Part shown: positions 1-10,061 of the stretch, in pieces | Layout: each line of letters begins with the position of its first letter | How positions within the stretch are numbered: position 1 is the first letter of the stretch | Origin: a virus | Strand: one strand, 5' to 3' | IMG/VR virus record: IMGVR_UViG_3300021962_000082 | Coordinates: 6,475 to 70,474 of that record | DNA length: 64,000 nt | Position numbers and translations under genes: made by a program | Notes under the pieces: model-generated | The model's input: the letters and a program-made list of their open reading frames with translations, nothing else | What the model was told of the DNA's origin: nothing | Database searches by the model: none

Positions 1-2
1 TG

Positions 3-281
3 ATGAAAACACGCTATGCCAAGCCGTTTGAAGGTATGCAAGTTAAGATTCCTTATGAAACAGGTATGAATCCCCATAGTGGACTAGTTGACTTAGCAGA
101 GAAAAAAGGTTTTCTCAAGAAAGAAGGCAACAGCTTGGTGTTTGTTACTAGTGATGGTGAAATTATTAAAAAGTTTCGCAAAAAGTGGGAATCAAATGAA
201 GACGAATGCTTGGATAAATTAATGGCTGACTTTGCCAATCAAAAGGGCGAAGGGCAATCAGAACAAACAACGGAGGAATAA
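3..281 (+). CDS. uvsX: C-terminal part of RecA/UvsX-like recombinase (truncated by window edge)
   Basis: KTRYAKPFE..VKIPYETGMNPHSGL resembles the RecA/UvsX C-terminal region; lies upstream of UvsY. Confidence 0.75.
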   Translation: MKTRYAKPFEGMQVKIPYETGMNPHSGLVDLAEKKGFLKKEGNSLVFVTSDGEIIKKFRKKWESNEDECLDKLMADFANQKGEGQSEQTTEE

Positions 282-283
282 AC

Positions 284-535
284 ATGAGCGTAGAATTGTC
301 TAGCGAAATTTGGAACGAACTCAAACGATACATTAATACTGTTGATCGGTCTGAAGCTGCTGAGGTGCTAGTTTCTGTACTAGTTGATCACGACGTTGAT
401 CCCGACGATATACACGATGCATTTAAGGGCGACAAGGATGTTAAGGTAGCACTGGCGGCCTATATCAAAGATCTAGCCGACGAGCCCGAGGAAGACGAAG
501 ACGAAGACGACTATGAGTCAGAGTACGAAGACTAA
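284..535 (+). CDS. hypothetical acidic protein
   Basis: 83-aa ORF, GGAGG SD, packed between uvsX and uvsY. Confidence 0.8.
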   Translation: MSVELSSEIWNELKRYINTVDRSEAAEVLVSVLVDHDVDPDDIHDAFKGDKDVKVALAAYIKDLADEPEEDEDEDDYESEYED

Positions 536-537
536 CC

Positions 538-990
538 ATGTGGCTTAGCCGTATTACTAACGACTTGGGACAAATTCCTGACTTCATTGCCCATTACGAA
601 AAAGAGCTTGAAGCAGCACGTCGCGATTGTAATATTGGCGGCATAGTTGAAAGGAACATTTCAGCATTGCCGGGCATTACTGAGCATCGTTTTAATCAAC
701 TACAAGAAATCGAAGCGGTGCTAAATCACTTAAATATACAACTTCGTAAAATTCGACGACGACATTTTCAAAAGTATCTTGAGGGCTATGCCCGCGCATT
801 AACCAGCAGAGATGCTGAAAAGTATGTAGATGGTGAAGACGAAGTTATTGACTTTGAAACCATTATCAACGAAGTGGCATTTCTTCGCAATCGTTATTTG
901 GGAATAATGAAAGCAATGGAAAGTAAAAACTTCATGCTTGGACATGTGGTGCGATTGCGAGCCGCAGGTATGGAAGATATACAACTATGA
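538..990 (+). CDS. uvsY: UvsY-like recombination mediator
   Basis: Helical 150 aa with Y.RALTSRDAEKYVDGE and terminal LRAAGMEDI; context after uvsX. Confidence 0.75.
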   Translation: MWLSRITNDLGQIPDFIAHYEKELEAARRDCNIGGIVERNISALPGITEHRFNQLQEIEAVLNHLNIQLRKIRRRHFQKYLEGYARALTSRDAEKYVDGEDEVIDFETIINEVAFLRNRYLGIMKAMESKNFMLGHVVRLRAAGMEDIQL

Positions 991-1748
991 CAACGTTTCG
1001 AAACGACGAAGAGCGGCATCAGCATAGCTTACAAACGCTGAACACATTGTTTGAGTATGATGATTTTATGGCAAGCATTGCCACCTTAGTTGATTTGGGT
1101 TGTGGTACAGGCTTGGACTTAGAGTGGTGGGCAACACGAACTACTCGGGATGATGTGCCTGAACCATTGAATATTAAATGCACGGGCATTGACATTATTA
1201 ATGCACCGTCGGTGTTTAGAAAATACTCCAACATTACATATCAAAAGTGCGACTTTGAAGATCATGAAAAAACACTACCCGATGCAAAGTTTGATGTGCT
1301 TTGGTGTCATGATGCTTTTCAGTACTGCATCAATCCCATAAAAACACTGGGCAAGTGGTACAATCTTGCCGAAGATGGTGGTATGTTGATACTGTCAGTT
1401 CCGCAAACCACTAACATGGACATACGTCAAATGTCCTTCATACAGCCTGACGGGTGCTATTATCATCATACTGTGGTCAGCTTAATGCACATGTTGGCAT
1501 TAAATGGTTGGGATTGTAATACTGGATTCTTTTTAAAGCGTCCCAATGATGATTTTATACATGCTATTGCTTATAAAAGCTCTCACCCTCCAATGGATCC
1601 GCGAACTACCACTTGGCTTGATTTAGCCAAGAAAGATCTACTGCCCGAGTCTGCTGTAGCCAGCATCCAGCGTCATAACATTGTAATGCAGCAAGAGCTG
1701 GTGCTACAATGGATTGATAAGAGTTTATCGTGGATGGGACAGCAATAA
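987..1748 (+). CDS. class I SAM-dependent methyltransferase
   Basis: VDLGCGTG motif I and FDVLWCHDAFQY. Confidence 0.85.
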   Translation: MTTFRNDEERHQHSLQTLNTLFEYDDFMASIATLVDLGCGTGLDLEWWATRTTRDDVPEPLNIKCTGIDIINAPSVFRKYSNITYQKCDFEDHEKTLPDAKFDVLWCHDAFQYCINPIKTLGKWYNLAEDGGMLILSVPQTTNMDIRQMSFIQPDGCYYHHTVVSLMHMLALNGWDCNTGFFLKRPNDDFIHAIAYKSSHPPMDPRTTTWLDLAKKDLLPESAVASIQRHNIVMQQELVLQWIDKSLSWMGQQ

Positions 1749-2567
1749 TCGCTTGAGTGGCAAGCCGGTGGCAATTTCATCCGCATACCACTCAGTATGT
1801 GCTATTTGCTCTAACCATTGACTGCGATCGGGACGCAGCGGGTTTTCTATAGCAGCCAAATCTAAATTACCAACTGGTGCTGCTAAACTACTGCCATCCA
1901 CAAATGCCGGAACACCGCCTAATATTGCTTGACATCCGGGCCCGCTGTTGTGATTGACCACAGCCCAAGCAGTTGACAAGCAGCGATCATAATCAAAGTT
2001 ATCATAAGTTCCGGGTATAGGCTGCGGCATTTCAATAGCACAGCCCGGCACGGAACCTATACGCTGCCGCGGATGTGGCCTTATAGTAATAGGACGGTCG
2101 CTGTACTGTCGTATCTTGCGAGCAGTTTCTGTCAGCCAAGCCACAGTAGGTGGTTGTCCCGCCCATTGTTCACTGTCGGAACGCTGTGCAGCAATAACAA
2201 TGCGATAGCCGCTGTCGTTCCAAGGCTGTGCTTCTAATCGTAGATCTTTCCCTCGCCCGGGTATGAGATTTTGACCGTAGTAAGCACCACTGCCGGTTCC
2301 GTTTAGGCCCAGTTTCCAAGTGCTCCCCCGGCGCAGCATGCCCACTTCGACCACCAATACATTCCGACCACTTGATCTAAACGTGTTCCAAACATCGCGA
2401 TTGGATTGCATGCGACCATGCCACAGCATGCTCCAGATTACAGCAACGTCTGCTGAACTGTCCATGGTATTGTGCTCAATTCCAATGCTGTCAAGACCCG
2501 CTTTGACTGCTTCAAATACAGGGCGGCTGTTGAGTGCGCCGTATTGATCGAAAATGCTTACTCTCAT
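1725..2567 (-). CDS. glycosyltransferase-like (capsule-synthesis-like) protein, paralog 1
   Basis: IRPHP, WAVVNHNS, G.PAF motifs shared with 3425-4333 and 6399-7307. Confidence 0.6.
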   Translation of the reverse strand: MRVSIFDQYGALNSRPVFEAVKAGLDSIGIEHNTMDSSADVAVIWSMLWHGRMQSNRDVWNTFRSSGRNVLVVEVGMLRRGSTWKLGLNGTGSGAYYGQNLIPGRGKDLRLEAQPWNDSGYRIVIAAQRSDSEQWAGQPPTVAWLTETARKIRQYSDRPITIRPHPRQRIGSVPGCAIEMPQPIPGTYDNFDYDRCLSTAWAVVNHNSGPGCQAILGGVPAFVDGSSLAAPVGNLDLAAIENPLRPDRSQWLEQIAHTEWYADEIATGLPLKRLLLSHPR

Positions 2568-2608
2568 TTTTGGTGTTAAATATGTTATACTTAATTATAA
2601 GGAAAACA

Positions 2609-3418
2609 ATGAGCCGGAAATTCTCTGTGGTCACTACGTTTAATGCCCACGGGTATAAGCAATATGGCAAACGAATGATTGAAACGTTCCTGCAAAACTG
2701 GCCAGTTGAAGTTGAGCTGTTAGTTTATGCCGAAGATTGTGTGGTACTTGAGTCAGCACCAAACTTAAAAGTATTTGATTTACATAAGGAAAGTCCCCAA
2801 CTGGTTGCTTTCAAAGAACGCTGGCGGCATGTGCCCCGCGCCAACGGCACCATAACCGATGACCCAGTTCGAAAACTACGCCGCGACGCTGCTAAAAATT
2901 TCAAATGGGATGCTGTGCGGTTTTCCCATAAAGTATACGCTATTTTTTCAGGAGCAACAGTAAACACCGATTGGTTGATATGGATGGATGCTGATATGGT
3001 TTGTCATAGCCCTATTACATTGCCTGAATTAAATCACTTGTGTCCATCCACTGCGGATCTTTGCTTTTTGGGACGGCGTGGAAAATACAGTGAATGTGGA
3101 CTGTATGCTATGAATCTGCGTTCAACAACAGTTTTAGACTTTTTAAAGCAGTTTCAACAGATGTATGACGATGCTGAACGCGGCATATTCACACTACGCG
3201 AATGGCACGATAGTTTTGTGTTTGATGAAGTAAGAAAGTCACTGCCCTTGGTTGAGCATGATTGGAGCAGCCACTTGATTAAAGGCGAGGGGCATCCACT
3301 AATCAATTCTGAATGGGGTGCTTACTTAGATCACCTTAAAGGCAATCGTAAAAGCCAGGGCCGTAGTAAAGACAAAGATCTATTAATGCCCCGTGCTGAA
3401 GCATATTGGAAACGCTAA
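2609..3418 (+). CDS. GT-A fold glycosyltransferase / nucleotide-diphospho-sugar transferase
   Basis: WLIWMDADM DxD motif; start MSRKFS has AAGGA SD. Confidence 0.7.
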   Translation: MSRKFSVVTTFNAHGYKQYGKRMIETFLQNWPVEVELLVYAEDCVVLESAPNLKVFDLHKESPQLVAFKERWRHVPRANGTITDDPVRKLRRDAAKNFKWDAVRFSHKVYAIFSGATVNTDWLIWMDADMVCHSPITLPELNHLCPSTADLCFLGRRGKYSECGLYAMNLRSTTVLDFLKQFQQMYDDAERGIFTLREWHDSFVFDEVRKSLPLVEHDWSSHLIKGEGHPLINSEWGAYLDHLKGNRKSQGRSKDKDLLMPRAEAYWKR

Positions 3419-3424
3419 CCTATT

Positions 3425-4333
3425 TTAAACGTAAATTCGCATGTGAGACCATGCTGCACCCGAAGCAATTTCTTCTTGATTCCAATGAGCCATGGCAATG
3501 CGTTCTATCCAGTCTTGCCTTTCGGGCATAGTAGGATGCTCTATTTGACTTAGATCCGTATTGGCTACGGCTGCTGCTTGGCTTTTTTCGGAGTCAGTGA
3601 CAAAAACTGGATATCCTTCTATAGCAGCAGCCACAGTGGGACTGGAATTGTGGTTGACTACTGCCCAACAATTTTTTAAATCATCTAATAGTGTAGAATT
3701 GGGCGATGATATTTTAACACCAAGAGTGTGGGCCAGTTGTTTTATGTGTTGTCTTGCTGTTCGATCTCCAGGATGGGGTCGAAGCAGTATAGGGCGGTTG
3801 CTGTATTGCCGTATTCCTCGAACAGTTTGTTCTGCCCAATCGCGTATGTCATACGTTCCCATACTCCACCCACCATTGCGCTGCAAGCACAGTAATATGT
3901 GATTGCCAGTGGAGCGCCAGTCTTTTAAACTTATACCAGTATTCCGGCTGATTGACGCCCAACGAGCAGGATCCGGATTGTTCCAAAAATATACGCCAGT
4001 GCTAGGAAACACACCATCAAAACTGTATCGTGAATAGTCGTTTTTGTTCCAATAGTTAAACAAGTTGCTGTCCACAACCAATAGACGATTGCCGTTCTTT
4101 TTTTGAAAATCATGTGCTGCTTTTCTAAACAAGTTATGCCGCCCTTGCTTGCCAGTGGGATGTGGCCAACCTTGTATAAACGCCACATCAGCGGGCACCA
4201 AATTTGATTGATCACTTACATATCCATCGTCGCCTGCTGCTGTCACTCCGCGAACAAATTTTACCAGCAGGTCCAATTTGTGCTGGCTTTTACTACTAGG
4301 TGGCACCGATGCAAGATAAGCTACAAATTTCAT
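3425..4333 (-). CDS. glycosyltransferase-like (capsule-synthesis-like) protein, paralog 2
   Basis: LRPHPGD, CWAVVNHNSS, IEGYPVF; start MKFVAY overlaps upstream stop (ATGA). Confidence 0.6.
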   Translation of the reverse strand: MKFVAYLASVPPSSKSQHKLDLLVKFVRGVTAAGDDGYVSDQSNLVPADVAFIQGWPHPTGKQGRHNLFRKAAHDFQKKNGNRLLVVDSNLFNYWNKNDYSRYSFDGVFPSTGVYFWNNPDPARWASISRNTGISLKDWRSTGNHILLCLQRNGGWSMGTYDIRDWAEQTVRGIRQYSNRPILLRPHPGDRTARQHIKQLAHTLGVKISSPNSTLLDDLKNCWAVVNHNSSPTVAAAIEGYPVFVTDSEKSQAAAVANTDLSQIEHPTMPERQDWIERIAMAHWNQEEIASGAAWSHMRIYV

Positions 4334-5241
4334 TGTATGCTTTCCCAGAATTTTACAGTCGCGTCTCGGCACTCATCTAGCGCATTATCATATATTTTTA
4401 CACTGTCAATTGTGTCTTTCCAGTCTTGCACTTTTCTTATCATACCCGGAGGGTGTTTCATTGACAAAAATTTAGTACTCCACGGATCAACTACAATAAC
4501 TTTTTTGCCCAATAGTGCACCCCAGTAAGCACCGTGATAACTGTTGGTTAAAATTATATTGGCGCTACCAAGTAATTCAATTGTTTGTTCAACATTGCTG
4601 CCAGAATTTATAAAGCGTGGTATGCTGTCGTTTCCAAACTTTTTAATCAGTTGTTTTTTGTGCTCAAAAAATATAACATCGTTTTTGATCCCATACTTTT
4701 TGCTCAACGCTGGGTGCATACAACTGGCACACGGCGCCCACGTTTGCGCTTGATTCCAATCTCGCACACCAACACGAGCGAAGTTTGCAAAATAATCAGG
4801 AAATGGTAAATCAACACAGCTAAAACTTTCTATTGGGCCATTGTGACCCACGCCCCAAATATACCTTGGTGCTGAAGTTGTTTTAACTTTGCTAATAAAA
4901 TTGTTTATAAAGTTATTAAAAGCTGGTTGAAACTCTGCATGTAGTTCCTTGTTAGATATATCTTGAAGAAACCATTGGTGTTTTTGCATGCGCATCAGTT
5001 GACTTAAATCTGACATTAGTGGTGCAATAGCATCACCAAATAGATCATTGCCCACAAGACCTCCACCGCCAACAACTATAGGAAGACTGCTGTCAAATTT
5101 AGTTTCTTTTATTTGTGAAATATCAACCACTTGATATTCATCAGGTGGAAGAAAATATTGTAATGGATTGCTAGCAATGTCCCCTACATTGTTATTGTCC
5201 ACACGATGTACGACTGTAAACTTATGCTTACTCAAGATCAA
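4330..5241 (-). CDS. polysaccharide pyruvyl transferase-like protein
   Basis: NNVGD, VGGGGL, WGVG, VGVRD, TNSYHG motifs. Confidence 0.7.
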   Translation of the reverse strand: MILSKHKFTVVHRVDNNNVGDIASNPLQYFLPPDEYQVVDISQIKETKFDSSLPIVVGGGGLVGNDLFGDAIAPLMSDLSQLMRMQKHQWFLQDISNKELHAEFQPAFNNFINNFISKVKTTSAPRYIWGVGHNGPIESFSCVDLPFPDYFANFARVGVRDWNQAQTWAPCASCMHPALSKKYGIKNDVIFFEHKKQLIKKFGNDSIPRFINSGSNVEQTIELLGSANIILTNSYHGAYWGALLGKKVIVVDPWSTKFLSMKHPPGMIRKVQDWKDTIDSVKIYDNALDECRDATVKFWESIQ

Positions 5242-5920
5242 TCCTTTGTTGGCAGTATTCAGTTAGGAGTCGTTCACGATGCCACTCGTTGGCTTGTGGT
5301 GTGTTAGCAAACTCATGAAAACAAGGTGTTCCTAGTGTGTAGTGTAATAATTTAGCGTCGGAGTTTTCACCATATTCATCGGGCAACCAGTTCCACTCGG
5401 GCGGCAATTCCCCAATGCGATTGTCCTCTAACCACGAGAAGCGGTGGAGGAAACCGCCTGTGGATTGTTGTACGAACTCGGGTGTAAGTTTCCTATTAGG
5501 AAAATTACTGCAATTCCACAGAATAACACTAGACCAATTTTTGCGAGGATAATCTTCATTTTTAACTCCTAAATATTTTATGGGCATCCGTGTTTTGTAG
5601 TCGTGCTTGACTACCATAACATCCATGTTGTGATTTTTCAAGTCCCACAATTTAACAATGTCATCACGCACAATCATGTCCCCATCAATAAAAATAGCCC
5701 AACCTGTATAGTTCATCAAGTACGGCACTAGGAATCGTGTATAGATAAAGTGGTTGGACCCATCGTTGTGTGTTTCTTTGTAGTCCTTAAACAAATTTAA
5801 TGCTACTGGCATAATGGACACTGGTTGGCTAGCGTGCCGTATAATGCTGTTAACACAAGTGTGATAAGCTATTGCTTCACGTGGGTCGTAGCCAATAAAG
5901 ATAGGAATGGGATTGATCAT
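5228..5920 (-). CDS. GT-A (GT8-like) glycosyltransferase
   Basis: FIGYDPRE, RFLVP, FIDGDM, YPRKNWSSVILWN, LLHYTLGTP. Confidence 0.8.
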   Translation of the reverse strand: MINPIPIFIGYDPREAIAYHTCVNSIIRHASQPVSIMPVALNLFKDYKETHNDGSNHFIYTRFLVPYLMNYTGWAIFIDGDMIVRDDIVKLWDLKNHNMDVMVVKHDYKTRMPIKYLGVKNEDYPRKNWSSVILWNCSNFPNRKLTPEFVQQSTGGFLHRFSWLEDNRIGELPPEWNWLPDEYGENSDAKLLHYTLGTPCFHEFANTPQANEWHRERLLTEYCQQRIDLE

Positions 5921-5962
5921 AATTTTATGCCGATAAGTTATTTAAACATATTCAACTGTTGG

Positions 5963-6406
5963 CTATTTGTTTAAGCACTCGGCAATAATGTAGCTGCCCA
6001 CACGGGTATAGTTCCTATGAGCCCAAACACCGGCTAGCAATGTGTCAAATGTTTTGTAGGTAAATGACTGCCGCCATTCGGGCTTAGGATGATTCTTTGT
6101 CAGCGTCATAATAATATATCTATCAGCAAAAGGGGCTATTTTCTGTACAAAAGATTCAGGATCTTTTACATATTCAAGCACACCCAAAACCAATCCTACA
6201 TCATAATGTTTCTCTAACACTATAGTGTCGCTGTCAAAATCAATTTGTATATCAGCAGTGGGGGCACGATCCAATCCCACATAGTCGCGAAACGATTGGT
6301 AGTTTAGGATGCTTTTATCGCCACAACCAAAGTCTACCACAGTAGAATCTTTTAAGTTGTATTGATCCAGCAATCGATTGCGGCTTGCCCACCGTGGTTC
6401 AGTCAT
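5963..6406 (-). CDS. small SAM-dependent methyltransferase
   Basis: VVDFGCG, LGVLEYV; probable start MTEPRW overlapping upstream gene. Confidence 0.7.
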   Translation of the reverse strand: MTEPRWASRNRLLDQYNLKDSTVVDFGCGDKSILNYQSFRDYVGLDRAPTADIQIDFDSDTIVLEKHYDVGLVLGVLEYVKDPESFVQKIAPFADRYIIMTLTKNHPKPEWRQSFTYKTFDTLLAGVWAHRNYTRVGSYIIAECLNK

Positions 6407-7307
6407 CAAAATAAACACCCTTCAAATGCTGCCAAGCAGTTCCGTCATTTAACTCGTTCATATTCCAAATCATATAAGCAGCGTTGTGTAGCCATTGAGT
6501 GCGATCAATGTTTAATTTTGGATGCGCTAGGTCTTCTATACGGTTAGCAATGTCCCAAACAACGCTTTCATCACTGAGTGGAAAGGTAGGAATACCTTCA
6601 CAGGTGCTTTCAACTAGCGTGTTGGTGTTGTAGCCTACAACGGCACATGCAGCATCAAAATCTTTTTGTAATCCATCGCCACCTTCGTATACGGTGCGTT
6701 GGTTCCATGTTGTGCTCAATCTAACATTTTTGCTAATAAACTGAGCAAAATTGATTTTTCCTGTTTTCAAATGTGGTCGTATCATTATTGGAGCATCTGT
6801 GCGGAGTCGAATCTGTTCAATAGCATGTGCTATCCAGTCTTCGTAGGTCTTGTACTGTTCATATAAACTGTTGAGCGTAGAATCGCCGGGTTTTTGCAAG
6901 CACAACAGGACATAACCATCACGCAAGCGCCAGGGCTTGATTTTAATGTCCTGCAATTTTTGTATGTGATTCCAACGGTCGGGTGGGCTGTTGCTATTGT
7001 TAAAATTGCCACTTCTCAAAAAATGTCCCCAGCCTAAGCGATAATAACACTTGTCGGGATGGTGCACGGAATAACTATTTTTTCTAAATAAATTTGATTC
7101 ACAGACCAACACTGGACGCCCGGAATTTTTTATAAAATCATACTCTTTTATATGTCGAGTTTTGTGCTTTTTCACATTGATTTGAAAATAACAATCAGCT
7201 TGGCTTTTTTTGGGATCATCAAAATCTAAAATACTCCAACCTGGTATTTTAAAATCCACTTGAAAAAATTTATTAATCAAACCAGTAAAGGCTACAACTC
7301 GAGTCAT
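6399..7307 (-). CDS. glycosyltransferase-like (capsule-synthesis-like) protein, paralog 3
   Basis: IRPH, CAVVGYNTN, CEGIPTF, R.QWL..A...W...E...G.AW. Confidence 0.6.
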   Translation of the reverse strand: MTRVVAFTGLINKFFQVDFKIPGWSILDFDDPKKSQADCYFQINVKKHKTRHIKEYDFIKNSGRPVLVCESNLFRKNSYSVHHPDKCYYRLGWGHFLRSGNFNNSNSPPDRWNHIQKLQDIKIKPWRLRDGYVLLCLQKPGDSTLNSLYEQYKTYEDWIAHAIEQIRLRTDAPIMIRPHLKTGKINFAQFISKNVRLSTTWNQRTVYEGGDGLQKDFDAACAVVGYNTNTLVESTCEGIPTFPLSDESVVWDIANRIEDLAHPKLNIDRTQWLHNAAYMIWNMNELNDGTAWQHLKGVYFDD

Positions 7308-7352
7308 AATTTTATAAACATATTTACCGTTATATACGCATATAAATATAGA

Positions 7353-8084
7353 ATGAAATCAGCAATCGTGTCCAACGAACCACTTGATTGTGCCTGTGTT
7401 ATATACGGCGATACTTATGATTGGACTTATGTTGAGCGGTTGTACAACATGCTGTGTAGGCATTTGACGCGGCCCATAAGATTTCATGTGTATACTGAAG
7501 CAAGCAGGTCCGTGCCTGATCACATGATCAAGCACTCTTTAGAAGATTGGGGATTTGCTAATCCCAAAAAACGCTGGTGGTACAAGCTACAACTGTTCAA
7601 TACAAAACACTATAGTGGCCCGCTGCTGTACTTTGATTTAGATGTAGTTATAGTCAACAACATTGACTGGATTTGGCAGTTGAATACCCGAAGTTTTTGG
7701 TCAGTTCGAGACTTTAAATACCTTTGGAAACCAAACTGGACCGGATCAAATACCAGCGTCATGTGGTGGGATAACGTGCAGCATCCAGAAATATGGTCCG
7801 CTGTAGTTGATCAAGGAATTGATCATTTGGCTGCTAAATACCGTGGAGACCAGGATTTAGTCTCAGACTCTATACCTGTAGCACACAGACGTTTTTTTCC
7901 CACGGAACAGGTAAAAAGTTGGCGGTGGGAATGTTTAGATGGGGGCTTTGATTTCAAACTCAGAAAATATAAAAACCCAGGTAGCGGAACTGCTATAGAC
8001 ACAAACACTTGTATTTTAGTGTTTCACGGCAGCCCCAAACCACACGAAATAACAGATCCGGTGATTATAAAACACTGGCAATGA
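7353..8084 (+). CDS. GT-A glycosyltransferase
   Basis: WWYKLQLF, LYFDLDVVI, GDQD, VFHG.PKP; ATG 4 nt after TATAAATA. Confidence 0.75.
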   Translation: MKSAIVSNEPLDCACVIYGDTYDWTYVERLYNMLCRHLTRPIRFHVYTEASRSVPDHMIKHSLEDWGFANPKKRWWYKLQLFNTKHYSGPLLYFDLDVVIVNNIDWIWQLNTRSFWSVRDFKYLWKPNWTGSNTSVMWWDNVQHPEIWSAVVDQGIDHLAAKYRGDQDLVSDSIPVAHRRFFPTEQVKSWRWECLDGGFDFKLRKYKNPGSGTAIDTNTCILVFHGSPKPHEITDPVIIKHWQ

Positions 8085-8112
8085 TAAATAACATTAATAG
8101 GAGACCAATAAC

Positions 8113-8802
8113 ATGGCCAATAGAACACTAAACTTTCACGGAGCAGCATTTGGAGAGGTGCCCGTGCAAATGAACGCACACATCAACGGGCAACTGGTTT
8201 TTAGCGGAGCAGTTCAGCCACAATCCGCAGATCACCCGGATCCAGTTACACCCGGTATGTTTGACAATTCGGGAATTCTTTTCAGCGTAGTAGATTCCTC
8301 ATTATTTCCGACTGGATCAGAGCTGACATATCCAATGACTCTTTCGGTTGCTACTGGTGAGTGCGTTTTCCTCACAGTAGTTTACTCTAATTATATGCCA
8401 ACTAGCGATATTACCCGTTTTTCAGGATCAATAAGCGGAACAACTTTAACTGTTAGCTCAGTTACATCCGGCACAATTTCAGTTGGTATGGGCGTTGGTG
8501 TACCTGGTACTACTACAGGTTATGGAAAAATTGTATCCGGTAGTGGTACAACATGGGAATTAGATCAATCACATACAGTACCCGAAGGCTCATTGGGTGC
8601 AGGAAAATCAATTCCTGGAACACCCACCGACTTTAGTGATTGTTATCCACAAGGTGATGCACGTACTAATGTTCAAATTGACGGTGTTGACCAAACCCCT
8701 GATCGCCAGCCCGGTCAAGAAAATGGCGAGTGGACCTGGTGTATTAACGCCGGCAGTACATTTGAATGCCAGCTACACGTAGCCCCAGGCTTGGCACCTT
8801 AA
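8113..8802 (+). CDS. probable virion structural protein (beta-rich)
   Basis: Gly/Ser/Thr-rich, SGTTLTVSSVTSGTI segment; TAAATA at 8085 and AGGAG SD. Confidence 0.5.
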   Translation: MANRTLNFHGAAFGEVPVQMNAHINGQLVFSGAVQPQSADHPDPVTPGMFDNSGILFSVVDSSLFPTGSELTYPMTLSVATGECVFLTVVYSNYMPTSDITRFSGSISGTTLTVSSVTSGTISVGMGVGVPGTTTGYGKIVSGSGTTWELDQSHTVPEGSLGAGKSIPGTPTDFSDCYPQGDARTNVQIDGVDQTPDRQPGQENGEWTWCINAGSTFECQLHVAPGLAP

Positions 8803-8822
8803 TAGGTTAACACTTAACTAAC

Positions 8823-8850
8823 AAAACCCCACACAAAGTGGGGTTTTTTT
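8823..8850 (+). terminator. rho-independent terminator
   Basis: AAAACCCCAC-acaaa-GTGGGGTTTT followed by a T run. Confidence 0.85.
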
Positions 8851-8854
8851 GTGG

Positions 8855-8883
8855 TTGACGAATATTCAGCTTTTTGCTATAAT
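8855..8883 (+). promoter_or_regulatory. sigma70-type promoter
   Basis: TTGACG-17 nt-TATAAT with extended -10 TG. Confidence 0.8.
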
Positions 8884-8946
8884 ACGCAGCATAAAAACAA
8901 GACAAAACTGTTGCTTTTACGCAACAATCCAACCCCAAATAAACTA

Positions 8947-8975
8947 TTGACCAATAATGGCTCATTTGCTATAAT
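8947..8975 (+). promoter_or_regulatory. sigma70-type early promoter (near-identical copy at 41135)
   Basis: TTGACC-17 nt-TATAAT with TG extension. Confidence 0.85.
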
Positions 8976-9005
8976 AATGGCATAGTAACAAAACAGGAGT
9001 TAAAA

Positions 9006-10025
9006 GTGAATGCAGTTCGTATTAAAAACGGTGTCTATCGCAACCGCCCCGTTAATAACGTCTGTTTCAATTTAGTAAAAGGCTACGCCACTGGTGCAAA
9101 AGGCAACTATGTGACTGTAGACTCAGCCGGCTACTTTGGACCCGAGTTTGGCACCGTGCGTATTCGCGTTGATGCCATTGATGATTTTGAATATGTAAAT
9201 GCTGAAAATATGACGCAACAGTCCGAGACACCAGCACCTGTCGTTGAAGAAACTGACGAGGCTGCAATCAATCGCATTCGCGAGCGGTTTGATATCCTTA
9301 CCGAAATGACCAAGGCCACGGTGTCTGGTGACATTCGTGCAATGATTGTTTCAGGCCCCCCGGGCGTGGGCAAGTCGTTTGGCGTCGAACAAGAGATTGA
9401 AAAATCCACCTTGTTTGATCGTATGGCAGGTCGCAGGATTCGTGCTGAAGTTGTCAAAGGCTCCGCTACCCCCATTGGACTGTATCAAACGCTGTACAAA
9501 TTCTCAGACCCCAATTGCGTGGTTGTGTTTGACGACTGCGACAGCATTCTGATCGATGATGTGGCGCTTAACCTCCTAAAAGGTGCTCTGGACTCAGGCA
9601 AAAAACGCACCATTTCCTGGCTGAGTGAATCCAGTGCCCTGCGCCGTGAAGGCATACCCGATCGTTTCGAATTCAAGGGCTCGGTGATCTTTATCACCAA
9701 CTTGAAGTTTGACAAGATGAAGTCGCAAAAACTCAAGGACCACTTGGATGCACTACAATCTCGTTGCCACTATTTGGACTTGACTCTGGACACCATGCGC
9801 GACAAAATTCTGCGCATCAAACAAATCGCCAAAGACGGTGTGCTGTTTGCGGACTATGATTTTACCACCGAAATGCACGACGAGATCATTGCGTTTATGG
9901 ACGCCAACCGCAATCGTCTGCGTGAGATGAGCTTGCGTATGGCACTGAAAATTGCTGATCTGCGCAAACTGAGCGATACAAATTGGCGCCGACTTGCCGA
10001 AACCACTTGTATGAAAGTGGCTTGA
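9006..10025 (+). CDS. AAA+ ATPase with N-terminal accessory domain
   Basis: Walker A GPPGVGKS, Walker B VVVFDD, ALQSR arginine finger; CAGGAG SD. Confidence 0.85.
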   Translation: MNAVRIKNGVYRNRPVNNVCFNLVKGYATGAKGNYVTVDSAGYFGPEFGTVRIRVDAIDDFEYVNAENMTQQSETPAPVVEETDEAAINRIRERFDILTEMTKATVSGDIRAMIVSGPPGVGKSFGVEQEIEKSTLFDRMAGRRIRAEVVKGSATPIGLYQTLYKFSDPNCVVVFDDCDSILIDDVALNLLKGALDSGKKRTISWLSESSALRREGIPDRFEFKGSVIFITNLKFDKMKSQKLKDHLDALQSRCHYLDLTLDTMRDKILRIKQIAKDGVLFADYDFTTEMHDEIIAFMDANRNRLREMSLRMALKIADLRKLSDTNWRRLAETTCMKVA

Positions 10026-10061
10026 TAGTTTAACTCCTGAGTAGTAAAACTACTCTTTGGG

